From an uncultured Gemmatimonadales bacterium (GTDB lineage: Bacteria; Gemmatimonadota; Gemmatimonadetes; Gemmatimonadales; GWC2-71-9), in assembly GCA_963828735.1 (NCBI GenBank), contig CAWHFW010000005.1:1696001-1760000 (forward strand): a stretch of DNA of 64,000 bases. The letters run 5' to 3'. This document shows, one piece after another, positions 37,460-45,351 of the stretch. Position 1 is the stretch's first letter. Every line of letters starts with the position of its first letter. The notes beneath the pieces were generated by a model, which was not told where the DNA came from, did no database searches, and saw only the letters and a program-made list of their open reading frames with translations. A program made the translations under genes and the position numbers.

Positions 37460-37487
37460 AACACCTCCTGGTTTGAACTGCGTCGCC

Positions 37488-37531
37488 AACATAGCACTCG
37501 CCCCATGATGCCAGGATGAAACCCGCGTCAA
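37488..37531 (-). promoter_or_regulatory. TTCA-repeat promoter of hsp20
   Basis: Minus strand: TTGA-N7-TTCA-N7-ATCA-N12-TATGTT. Confidence 0.65.
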
Positions 37532-37582
37532 GAAGCCCTCATTCGTCGCTCACCTGCTCATTTCGTGTCCTTGGTGGGATTC

Positions 37583-37626
37583 TTCCCACCCGATTCACCG
37601 TTTCTTAAGGGTGACGGCCCTATGAT
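37583..37626 (+). promoter_or_regulatory. TTCA-repeat promoter of the 37655/USP operon
   Basis: TTCC-N7-TTCA-N7-TTAA-N12-TATGAT. Confidence 0.65.
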
Positions 37627-37654
37627 GGAGCCCAGACCACACCGGGAGGACGCC

Positions 37655-38149
37655 ATGTCCGCCGTCGCATCGCCCGTCTATGTCGGATCCACTGAGGAAA
37701 CCCTCGACGCCGTCCTCGCGCCCACTCACGATACGTGGGTCAACGAGGCGCGGCACCTGCTGGGCTCGGCGTCGGCGCCCGGCGCGCCGGATTGGAAACG
37801 GTGGACGACGGTGCGCTGGCTCAACGATCAGTTCCTGCGCTGGTTCCTGGCCGAGTGGGCGCTCCTGAACGAGCTCCGGCCGCACCTGACGATCCGCGAA
37901 GACGAGATGATCGGCGCGGGCGAAGAGCAGATCGCCCAGCTCCGCGTGGCGCTCGACCGGGTGGCCCGGCGTCGTGGCAGCGCGGCCGAATTCACCGCGC
38001 TGGCGCAGAGATTTCTGCAGGCGCTCGAAATGTGGTGCGCCGAATGTGAGCTGGCGGCGCGCCGGATCCACTGCCGGTACCTGTCGCGCGATGCGCGACG
38101 GCTGCTCGAGGACGTGGAGGCCGCGTCGGGCGTACAGCCGCACATGTGA
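37655..38149 (+). CDS. Hypothetical helical protein, hemerythrin-like paralog A
   Basis: GGAGG RBS. Shares H..W..EAR, RW..VR.L.D.F and DR..RRRG motifs with 39401-39850. Confidence 0.7.
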   Translation: MSAVASPVYVGSTEETLDAVLAPTHDTWVNEARHLLGSASAPGAPDWKRWTTVRWLNDQFLRWFLAEWALLNELRPHLTIREDEMIGAGEEQIAQLRVALDRVARRRGSAAEFTALAQRFLQALEMWCAECELAARRIHCRYLSRDARRLLEDVEAASGVQPHM

Positions 38150-38193
38150 AACGCGCCGAAGCGGTGCGCCGGCACTCAACGTCGAGGTGATTC

Positions 38194-39198
38194 ATGTCGA
38201 TCAACGCATCGCAGTTTCGCTCCATCCTGGTGCCGCTGGACGGCTCGCCGCTCGCGGAGCGGGCGCTCGCCGTCGCGGCCAGGATCGCGCAGGCGGGAAA
38301 CGGGAGTCTCGCCCTGGCGCTGGTGCACGAGCCCCCGCCGATCCCGTTCGATAAGCCGGACCCTGCGCTGGTGGCCTCCGGAGAGGCGGCCGTGGCGCGC
38401 GCCGAGGAGACCTATCTCACGGGCATCGAGACGCGGCTCCGCGGAGACGGCACCCCGGTGTCCTCCGCGACGATTCTGACCGGCGAAGTCGGACCGTGCC
38501 TCGCCGATCAGGCGCGGTCGCTCGGTGTCGACCTGGTCGTGATGCCGACACATGGCCGGGGCGGCGTGCAACGCCTCTGGCTGGGAAGCGTCGCCGACTA
38601 TCTCGTGCGTCATCTCGACGTTCCGGTGCTGGTGTTGCGGGCGGGCGAGGTCGCCGATCGCGTGAACGCGACGTCAGCCGCTACGCAGCTGCTCGTGCCA
38701 CTCGATGGTTCACCGCTGGCCGAAGAGGCGCTGGCTCCGGCGGCGGAGCTCGCGCGGCTCTCCGACCTCGAGCTCAGCTTGCTGCAGGTCGTCCGTCCCG
38801 TCGCGTTCGTCACCGAGCCCGGCCTCACGCTCCCGACTGCCTACGACCGGGAGCTCACGGACAGCGTGGTGGATCAGGCCAGGGACTACGTTCGGGATCT
38901 GGTCGAGGACCTGCGGGCGCGCGGTTTCCGGGCGACGGGTTCCGCGGTGATCGGATGGAACCCGGTCGACACGATTCTCGAGATCGCGCGCCCCGAGCAG
39001 GTCGCCATGGTGGCGCTGGCGACTCATGGGCGGGGCGGAATGACGCGCCTCGCGCTCGGCAGCGTGGCCGACGAGCTGATCCGGGCCGCGCGCGTCCCGG
39101 TGCTGGTCATGCGGCCGACACTCATCGGGCGCGCGGGCGCCGAAAGCCCCGCAGTCGCAACCGGCGCAGCTGAGCCGCTGCCTCTCCGTTCTCGATGA
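38194..39198 (+). CDS. Universal stress protein (tandem USP domains)
   Basis: Two ILVPLDGSPLAE and THGRGG..R..LGSVA motifs. Confidence 0.93.
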   Translation: MSINASQFRSILVPLDGSPLAERALAVAARIAQAGNGSLALALVHEPPPIPFDKPDPALVASGEAAVARAEETYLTGIETRLRGDGTPVSSATILTGEVGPCLADQARSLGVDLVVMPTHGRGGVQRLWLGSVADYLVRHLDVPVLVLRAGEVADRVNATSAATQLLVPLDGSPLAEEALAPAAELARLSDLELSLLQVVRPVAFVTEPGLTLPTAYDRELTDSVVDQARDYVRDLVEDLRARGFRATGSAVIGWNPVDTILEIARPEQVAMVALATHGRGGMTRLALGSVADELIRAARVPVLVMRPTLIGRAGAESPAVATGAAEPLPLRSR

Positions 39199-39328
39199 CA
39201 CCAATGGGGCCGTCCAAGTGGACGGCCCCATATTGACCCTGCCTCCCGTCTTGCGGGTACGCTTTTCTCGTGCACCGCTTTCGCATCCTTGCGGGGGATC
39301 GCTTCACGCGGGCGCACGCGAAGGCTCC

Positions 39329-39372
39329 TTCTCCGTCTCTTCACCCTTCCTTCATCCTCGCGAGTGTAGTCT
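39329..39372 (+). promoter_or_regulatory. TTCA-repeat promoter of CDS 39401
   Basis: TTCT-N7-TTCA-N7-TTCA-N12-TAGTCT. Confidence 0.7.
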
Positions 39373-39400
39373 CGAATCGTCACTCGAGCCGAGCGAACCA

Positions 39401-39850
39401 ATGACCGTACCGAACACGACATCCTTCCCGGGTGCGGAGCTCTCCGGCTTCCACCGCTTGTGGATCACCGAGGCCCGTCGCTTCCTCGCTCCGGCGCTCG
39501 TATCAGGTGCCGACTTCTGGACGCGATGGGCCGCGGTCCGGTATCTGTCCGACGATTTCCGGGACCGCCACGCCACGGAGCTCGTGCTGATGCATCGGCT
39601 CCGGCCTGTGCTCGCCGAGGACGTCGCGGCACGACTCGTCACTGGTGGCGATGGGGTCTTCCACCTCCGGCTGGAGGCGGATCGTATCGGACGCCGCAGG
39701 GGAACGGCCAAGGAATTCGCCGAAGGCGTAGGGGCGCTGCTGGAGCGGCTGGAAACGTGGCTCGAGGAGATCGATCGGGCCGCCGCCGAGCTCTCTCCGG
39801 AATCCCCGATGCCGGCACCGCCGACACCGCTCCACGCCGGGACGCCATGA
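39401..39850 (+). CDS. Hypothetical helical protein, hemerythrin-like paralog B
   Basis: Paralogous to 37655-38149. Confidence 0.7.
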   Translation: MTVPNTTSFPGAELSGFHRLWITEARRFLAPALVSGADFWTRWAAVRYLSDDFRDRHATELVLMHRLRPVLAEDVAARLVTGGDGVFHLRLEADRIGRRRGTAKEFAEGVGALLERLETWLEEIDRAAAELSPESPMPAPPTPLHAGTP

Positions 39851-39895
39851 CACGCACACCACATCCTTCCGCTCGACCCTCGTGCCGCTCGACGG

Positions 39896-41815
39896 TTAAG
39901 CGCTCACCGAGTTGGCGCTGCCCTCGGCCAGCTCGCCGGCGACCGCACCGGCTTCTACTCCGGGGCTGCTCGACGATGGTTGCTCCTCGAAGGTAGCCCG
40001 GAGCGCGTTGAGGATCACCGCCACGTCGATCGCCTCTTGTAGCAGCGCGCCCGCGATCGGCGGGATGTAGCCGAACGCCGCCGCGATCATCGCGAGACCG
40101 CTCAGCCCGAGCCCCGCCCAGATGCTCTGCCGCGCCAGCCGAAGCGTGCGGCGGCTGATGGCGATCGCCTGGCGGAGCAGGGTCGGGTCGTCAGCCAGGA
40201 GGACGGCGTCCGCTGCCTCCGCGCTGATGCCACCGCCGCCGCTGGCGAGCGCGACACCCACCGTGGCGCTGCTGAGCGCCGGCGCGTCGTTGGTACCGTC
40301 GCCCACCATCAGCACCCGCTCACCTTCTTTCACCAGCCGCTGGATGTAGGCGACTTTCTGTTCCGGCAGCAGGTCACCGTGAGCCTCCTCGATTCCGACG
40401 GCGTGCGCGACCGCCGAGGCGTTGGCCTGCTCGTCGCCGGAGAGGAGCAGCGTGCGGCGCACGCCGAGCCGGCGGAGGTCAGCCATGAATCGACCGACAC
40501 CCGGCCGGAGTCTGTCGGCGTACTCCACCACCCCGGCACCGTGTCCATCCACGGCGACGTAGGCGCGGAGCCCGGGCCCGCCGTTCCCGCCCAACGCCGA
40601 GTGCAAGCCCGCCTCGGCTTGGGGTGCCTGGCGGGTAACGAACGCCCAGCCGCCCACGTTGATCCTGCGACCGTCGACCTCGCCGGTCACGCCCTCGCCG
40701 GGTGTCTCGATGATCTCTCGCGCCTCCGGTAGCTCGATGCCCCGTGCCACCGCCTCGTCCACGAGCGTGCGTGCGAGCAGGTGGCCGGAGCCGCGCTCGA
40801 CCGCTCCGGCGAGTTGCAACACCTCCATGGGCGTGAACGGCGCGGTCGCGAGGACGCGCGCGACCTGCGGACGGCCGATCGTCAGCGTACCGGTCTTGTC
40901 GAACACGGCCACCGTGATCCGCGAGAGCTGCTCGAGCGCCGTGCCGTGCCGCACGATGATCCCGTGGCGGGCCGCGCAGTTGATTCCGCCCACGATCGCG
41001 ACGGGCGTGGCGAGAATGAGCGGGCACGGCGTGGCGACGACCAGCACCGCGAGCAGGCGCGTTGGATCCCGCGTGACGAAATACACCGCGGCGGCCACCA
41101 GCAGGGTGAGGGGCGTGAACCAGACGGCATAGCGGTCGGCCAGCCGCTGCAGCGGGGACTTGCTCTCCTGTGCCGTGCGCACCAGCTCGACGATGCGCGC
41201 ATACTGACTCTCCCGCGCCGGTGCGGCAGCGCGCACGGTCAGCGGCCCATCCAGGTTGAGGCTCCCGCTCAGGAGTCGGGTCCCGGCCGTGGCCGTCAGG
41301 GGGAGCGGCTCGCCAGTGAGCCGCGCCGTGTCCACGTGCGAGCGGCCCTCGAGCACGACCACGTCGCACGGCACCAGCTCCCCGGGCCGGACCAGGAGCT
41401 CGTCGCCCACGGCCACGGCGTCCACCCCTACGTCCTCGAGGCCGGCGGCGGCGATTCGATGCGCCAAACGCGGCGCGGCAGCCTCCAGGTCGTGCACTGC
41501 CCGCGAAGCACGACCCTCGGCGTAGCGCTCGAGCGCCTCGCCTCCCGTCTGCATGAGGACCACGATGAGGCCCGCCAGGGGCTGGCCGAGGAGAAGGGCG
41601 GTGACGATGGCGAGCATCGCCACCAGATCGGCGGCGAATCGGCCGGCGGCGACGCCGCGGAGCGTCCGCCAGACGACCGGGAGTCCGGTCGCGGCCAGCC
41701 CGATCGCCCACGCGAGAGTCGCCGCCTCGGGTGAGACCGCGACACGGATGATCAGGCCGAGAACAATCGCGAGCAACGCAGCCGCGGGCAGGCGGACCCC
41801 ACCGCGACGGGGCAT
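39896..41815 (-). CDS. Heavy-metal P1B-type ATPase, P1B-5 subgroup
   Basis: LTGE, TPCP, DKTGTLT, MVGDGTNDAPAL, QEAID (QExxD). Confidence 0.9.
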   Translation of the reverse strand: MPRRGGVRLPAAALLAIVLGLIIRVAVSPEAATLAWAIGLAATGLPVVWRTLRGVAAGRFAADLVAMLAIVTALLLGQPLAGLIVVLMQTGGEALERYAEGRASRAVHDLEAAAPRLAHRIAAAGLEDVGVDAVAVGDELLVRPGELVPCDVVVLEGRSHVDTARLTGEPLPLTATAGTRLLSGSLNLDGPLTVRAAAPARESQYARIVELVRTAQESKSPLQRLADRYAVWFTPLTLLVAAAVYFVTRDPTRLLAVLVVATPCPLILATPVAIVGGINCAARHGIIVRHGTALEQLSRITVAVFDKTGTLTIGRPQVARVLATAPFTPMEVLQLAGAVERGSGHLLARTLVDEAVARGIELPEAREIIETPGEGVTGEVDGRRINVGGWAFVTRQAPQAEAGLHSALGGNGGPGLRAYVAVDGHGAGVVEYADRLRPGVGRFMADLRRLGVRRTLLLSGDEQANASAVAHAVGIEEAHGDLLPEQKVAYIQRLVKEGERVLMVGDGTNDAPALSSATVGVALASGGGGISAEAADAVLLADDPTLLRQAIAISRRTLRLARQSIWAGLGLSGLAMIAAAFGYIPPIAGALLQEAIDVAVILNALRATFEEQPSSSSPGVEAGAVAGELAEGSANSVSA

Positions 41816-42513
41816 CAGCGGGCGGGCGAGATCTCCGCGTCGCTGCCCCGACGCAAGCTGAAGCCCACGCCGCGGACGGTCGTGAGCAGCGGCTCGCCCG
41901 CCGCCTGCATCAGCTTCCTGCGGAGGTTGCCCACGTGCACGTCCACCACGTTGCTCTCCGGATCGAAGTGCATGTCCCAGACCTTCTCCAGGAGCGTGGT
42001 GCGGCGGACGACCTCCTCGGGGCGCAGCAGGAAGTACTCGAGGAGCTGGAATTCCTTCGGGGTGAGGTCGAGGCGCTCGTCGTTGACGGCGGCGACGTGG
42101 CGCAGCCGGTCGAGCGTGAGCGGGCCGTACCGGAGCGTCTCGAGGCGCTCCGCGCCGCCGCGGCGGTGGAGCGCCCGGATGCGCGCCAGCAGCTCGTCGA
42201 AGCGGAACGGCTTCGACAGATAGTCGTCGGCCCCGGCATCGAGCCCCCGCACCACGTCTTCCACCGCATCCCGCGAGGTGAGCATCAGGATGGGCGTGTT
42301 GCGCCCCTCCCGCCGGAGCTCGGTCGCGACCTGGAATCCGTTCTTCTTCGGCAGCACGATGTCGAGCAGGATCACGTCGTACTCGTAGACGTGGGCCAGC
42401 ATGGTGGCCTCCTCGCCGTCTGGCGCGACGTCCACCACGTAGCCCTCTTCCTTCAATCCCTGCTCGATGAATCCCGCGACCTTCCGGTCGTCTTCCACGA
42501 CGAGGATTTTCAT
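41815..42513 (-). CDS. OmpR/PhoB-family response regulator (CusR/CopR-like)
   Basis: ILVVEDD, LLDIVLP, GADDYLSKPF, LTPKEF, SNVVDVHVGNLRRKL, TVRGVGF. Confidence 0.95.
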   Translation of the reverse strand: MKILVVEDDRKVAGFIEQGLKEEGYVVDVAPDGEEATMLAHVYEYDVILLDIVLPKKNGFQVATELRREGRNTPILMLTSRDAVEDVVRGLDAGADDYLSKPFRFDELLARIRALHRRGGAERLETLRYGPLTLDRLRHVAAVNDERLDLTPKEFQLLEYFLLRPEEVVRRTTLLEKVWDMHFDPESNVVDVHVGNLRRKLMQAAGEPLLTTVRGVGFSLRRGSDAEISPAR

Positions 42514-42519
42514 GGGCTC

Positions 42520-42563
42520 AATGTACGGGCGGCCATCTGAACGCGGCCGGAATCGTTCGTGAA
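42520..42563 (-). promoter_or_regulatory. TTCA-repeat promoter of the response regulator (putative autoregulation, leaderless)
   Basis: Minus strand: TTCA-N7-TTCC-N7-TTCA-N12-TACATT-N6-ATG. Confidence 0.7.
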
Positions 42564-42570
42564 GGGTTCT

Positions 42571-43812
42571 TCATGATTGAGGTGTCGCCGGGAGCTCCAG
42601 CACGAACTGGCCTCCCTGACCCGGGCGGCATACGGCGCGGAGCTCCCCACCCAGCAGGCGCGCCAGCCGCCGGGAGAGCGGGAGGCCAAGACCAGCGCCG
42701 CGGCTGTCACCGCCCGCCTTGGTAACGTAGATGTCGAAGATCCGCTCCAGCTCGGCCTCGGGCACGCCCGGCCCTTCGTCCTCCACCACGTACTCGATCT
42801 TCGCCCCGCGGTCGGTGATCCGCACGCGGACGGTGCTGGCTTGCGCCGTGTGACGGATCGCGTTGCCCAGCAGGTTCACCAGGATCTGCTCCAATCGACT
42901 GCTGTCGGTGTCGCAGCTCGGCAGGCCGGCGGGCGCTTGCAGCTCCAGCCTGACCTGGCGGGATTCGGCCGCGGGCGTCACGCGGCCGAAGGCGTGCCGA
43001 ACGACAGAGGCGGGCTCGACCGACCGGATCACGGGATTGAGCCGGTCCTCGTCGAGCCGACTGAGGTCGAGCAGATCGTTGATGAGGGCGATGGCGTGCT
43101 GCGCGGAGTCGAGCACCTCGAACGCCGCCCGCGGCACCGTGGCGGGGTCCTTCTTGCGGACCAGCATCTCGGACCAGCCGAAGACCGCCGCGAGCGCGTT
43201 CCGGAGCTCGTGGTTCACCATGGCGAAGAACCGCTCGCGGGTCCGATGCAGCGCCTGCACCTCTTCCAGCAACCGAGCGCTCTCCTCGTGCAGGCGGGCG
43301 TTCTGGACGGCCGCCGCCGTGATGGCCGCGAGCAGCACCGCCATGTGCTCGTCCCGGTCGGTGAACGCCGGCTCATCGATCTTCTCGGTGAGGTACAGGT
43401 TTCCGAAGACTCCCCGCCGGCCCACGATCGGCACGCCCAGGAACGAGCGCATCGGCGGGTGATGGGGTGGAAAGCCGTAGGAATCGGGATGCCGGGTCAG
43501 ATCGGGGAGCCGGATCGGACGGGCCTCGCGGATCACCAGGCCCAGGATGCCGTGCCCGCGCGGTAGTGGCCCGATCAGCTCCCGCTCCTCGTCGCTGATA
43601 CCGTGGGTGGTGAAGCTCTCGAGCACGCGGCCGTCGGGCGCCAGCACGCCGATTGCCGCGTAGTGCGCACCGATCACCTCGGCCGCGACCTGAACGACGC
43701 GCTGCAGCACCCCGTCCAGCGACAGCTCGGTGATGAGGGCCGACGTGGCGATGATCAGGTGCTCGAGCCGCGGGTCGGCGCCGAGATCTGTGCGGGTCGC
43801 TGAATCGGTCAT
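42571..43812 (-). CDS. GAF-domain sensor histidine kinase with DosS/DevS-like heme GAF
   Basis: PRGHGILG, SYGFPPHHPPMRSFLGVPI, GNLYLTEK. HisKA NHELRN, NLLGNAIRH, DEGPG, GAGLGL. No TM helix. Confidence 0.88.
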   Translation of the reverse strand: MTDSATRTDLGADPRLEHLIIATSALITELSLDGVLQRVVQVAAEVIGAHYAAIGVLAPDGRVLESFTTHGISDEERELIGPLPRGHGILGLVIREARPIRLPDLTRHPDSYGFPPHHPPMRSFLGVPIVGRRGVFGNLYLTEKIDEPAFTDRDEHMAVLLAAITAAAVQNARLHEESARLLEEVQALHRTRERFFAMVNHELRNALAAVFGWSEMLVRKKDPATVPRAAFEVLDSAQHAIALINDLLDLSRLDEDRLNPVIRSVEPASVVRHAFGRVTPAAESRQVRLELQAPAGLPSCDTDSSRLEQILVNLLGNAIRHTAQASTVRVRITDRGAKIEYVVEDEGPGVPEAELERIFDIYVTKAGGDSRGAGLGLPLSRRLARLLGGELRAVCRPGQGGQFVLELPATPQS

Positions 43813-43859
43813 GAGAGAAAGGTACGGCCGGCCCCCGACTGCGGAACCCCATCGGGAGA

Positions 43860-43903
43860 TTCCGAGGGGTTTCATCTTTTCTTCACCCCCGCTCCGCTAG
43901 CCT
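43860..43903 (+). promoter_or_regulatory. TTCA-repeat promoter of the second USP
   Basis: TTCC-N7-TTCA-N7-TTCA-N12-TAGCCT. Confidence 0.7.
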
Positions 43904-43911
43904 GTTCCACC

Positions 43912-44733
43912 ATGAATGGCTCCTTGAATGGCTCCTTGCATGTCCGGCGGGTGATGGCCGCGACGGACGAGTCGGGCGCGGGTCGGCAGGCGGTCGCCAC
44001 CGCCCTGCAGGTCGCTCGGCGGGCCTCCGCGCACGCCACGATCCTCCGGGTCCTGCCGTTCGACGGCACCGCGTCGCGGGGTGCCGCCGAACAGCTCCAG
44101 CGTTGGGTCGAGTCGGATCTGCCCTCGCCGCTGCCGCCGCTCCCGATCGAATACGCCGTGGGCTACGGCCTTCCAGGAATCGAGATCCCCCGCGCCGCCG
44201 AGCGCATGCGCGCGGATCTGCTCGTACTCGGCCGGAACCAGCGCTCGCAGGCCATGCGCCTGCTGCTGGGCGACACCGCAGACGCAGTCGCCCGGCGGAG
44301 CCGAATCCCGTGCCTGTTCGTGCCGGCATACTCGGGGCGTACGCGCCGGGTGCTGGTTGCGGTGGACGGCTCCGGGCGGGGGACGGCCGTCCTGCGGGTC
44401 GCGAACGACTTCGCGGGGCAGCTGGGCGCCGACCTGCGGGTTCTGACCGTCGAGCGGGTCCACGCCGGCGAGCCTGCCGAGCTCGCGGCGGGTGTCCCGG
44501 CGACACGCAGCACGAGCATCCAGGCGGACGTGAACCAAACGCTCGCGCGCGGGCTGGACGTGCGCCGCGGCGACGCGGCGGCGGAGATCCTCGCGGCCGT
44601 CGAGGAGCAGGCCCCTGATGTGCTCGTGATCGGCTGCCACCGCGGCGGGCCGGCGGGCGTGATCGAGGCTGGCAGCACCGCCCGGAAGGTGATCCACCAG
44701 GCGCCGTGCGCGGTGCTCACGGTGCCGTTGTAG
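43912..44733 (+). CDS. Universal stress protein (tandem USP domains)
   Basis: VMAATDES, LLGDTADAV, VLVAVDGS, GSTARKVIHQAPCAVLTVP. Confidence 0.88.
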   Translation: MNGSLNGSLHVRRVMAATDESGAGRQAVATALQVARRASAHATILRVLPFDGTASRGAAEQLQRWVESDLPSPLPPLPIEYAVGYGLPGIEIPRAAERMRADLLVLGRNQRSQAMRLLLGDTADAVARRSRIPCLFVPAYSGRTRRVLVAVDGSGRGTAVLRVANDFAGQLGADLRVLTVERVHAGEPAELAAGVPATRSTSIQADVNQTLARGLDVRRGDAAAEILAAVEEQAPDVLVIGCHRGGPAGVIEAGSTARKVIHQAPCAVLTVPL

Positions 44734-44745
44734 CCGGGCGCTGCC

Positions 44746-45141
44746 CTAGGTCCCCCTCAAGAGATCTTCGACCGTCCGATCGCGGAAGAACGCGGTGACG
44801 CGCTCGCTCACCGACTTCCACTCGTGGTGCGCAGGGCAGGGGTTCCGGTCGCTGCACTGCGGGCGGCCGAGCAGGCAGCGACGCTCGGCCGAGATCCCGT
44901 CGAACGGCGCGACGACCCGGAGCAGCTTGAGCCGGTCCGGTGGGACCGCCAGCCGGAACCCGCCGCCCTTGCCGCGAGTGGAGAGCAGCACCCCCTCGCG
45001 GGCCAGCCGGTGCAGGGTCTTCGACAGGTAGTTGCGGGGGATTTGAAGCCGCTGGGCGATCTCGTCGGCCCGGGCGGCTTCGTCGCGGTCGGCCAGGAAC
45101 AGGACCGTCCGGAGGGCGTATTCAGCGGTCTGGGACAGCAC
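44746..45141 (-). CDS. Rrf2 family transcriptional regulator with Cys3-His motif
   Basis: LSQTAEYALR, YLSKTL, STRGKGGGFRL, CLLGRPQCSDRNPCPAH. GTG start at 45141 preferred. Confidence 0.92.
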   Translation of the reverse strand: MLSQTAEYALRTVLFLADRDEAARADEIAQRLQIPRNYLSKTLHRLAREGVLLSTRGKGGGFRLAVPPDRLKLLRVVAPFDGISAERRCLLGRPQCSDRNPCPAHHEWKSVSERVTAFFRDRTVEDLLRGT

Positions 45142-45190
45142 GGTAGTCTCGGGGTCGGAATGGGAACGATCCTTTCCCCGGAAATTAATC

Positions 45191-45219
45191 ATATCCTCAT
45201 GATGATATCAAGATACTTG
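45191..45219. promoter_or_regulatory. AT-rich palindromes, candidate Rrf2 operator
   Basis: ATATCCTCATGATGATAT (18-bp palindrome, one mismatched pair) adjacent to CAAG-ATA-CTTG. Confidence 0.5.
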
Positions 45220-45268
45220 TCGCGACCCTCCTCGCAGGTTCGAGGGTCACGGCGGGTGTGAAGAAAGG

Positions 45269-45312
45269 CTCACGGCCGGTTCACGGTCCGCCGTGCCCGG
45301 CCCTCGTAGGTT
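45269..45312 (+). promoter_or_regulatory. Weaker TTCA-repeat promoter of nosZ
   Basis: CTCA-N7-TTCA-N7-CCGT-N12-TAGGTT, same register as the other seven promoters. Confidence 0.45.
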
Positions 45313-45351
45313 CCGCCGCAACGACCAGTCCCACACGCAGGAGGACCACCG

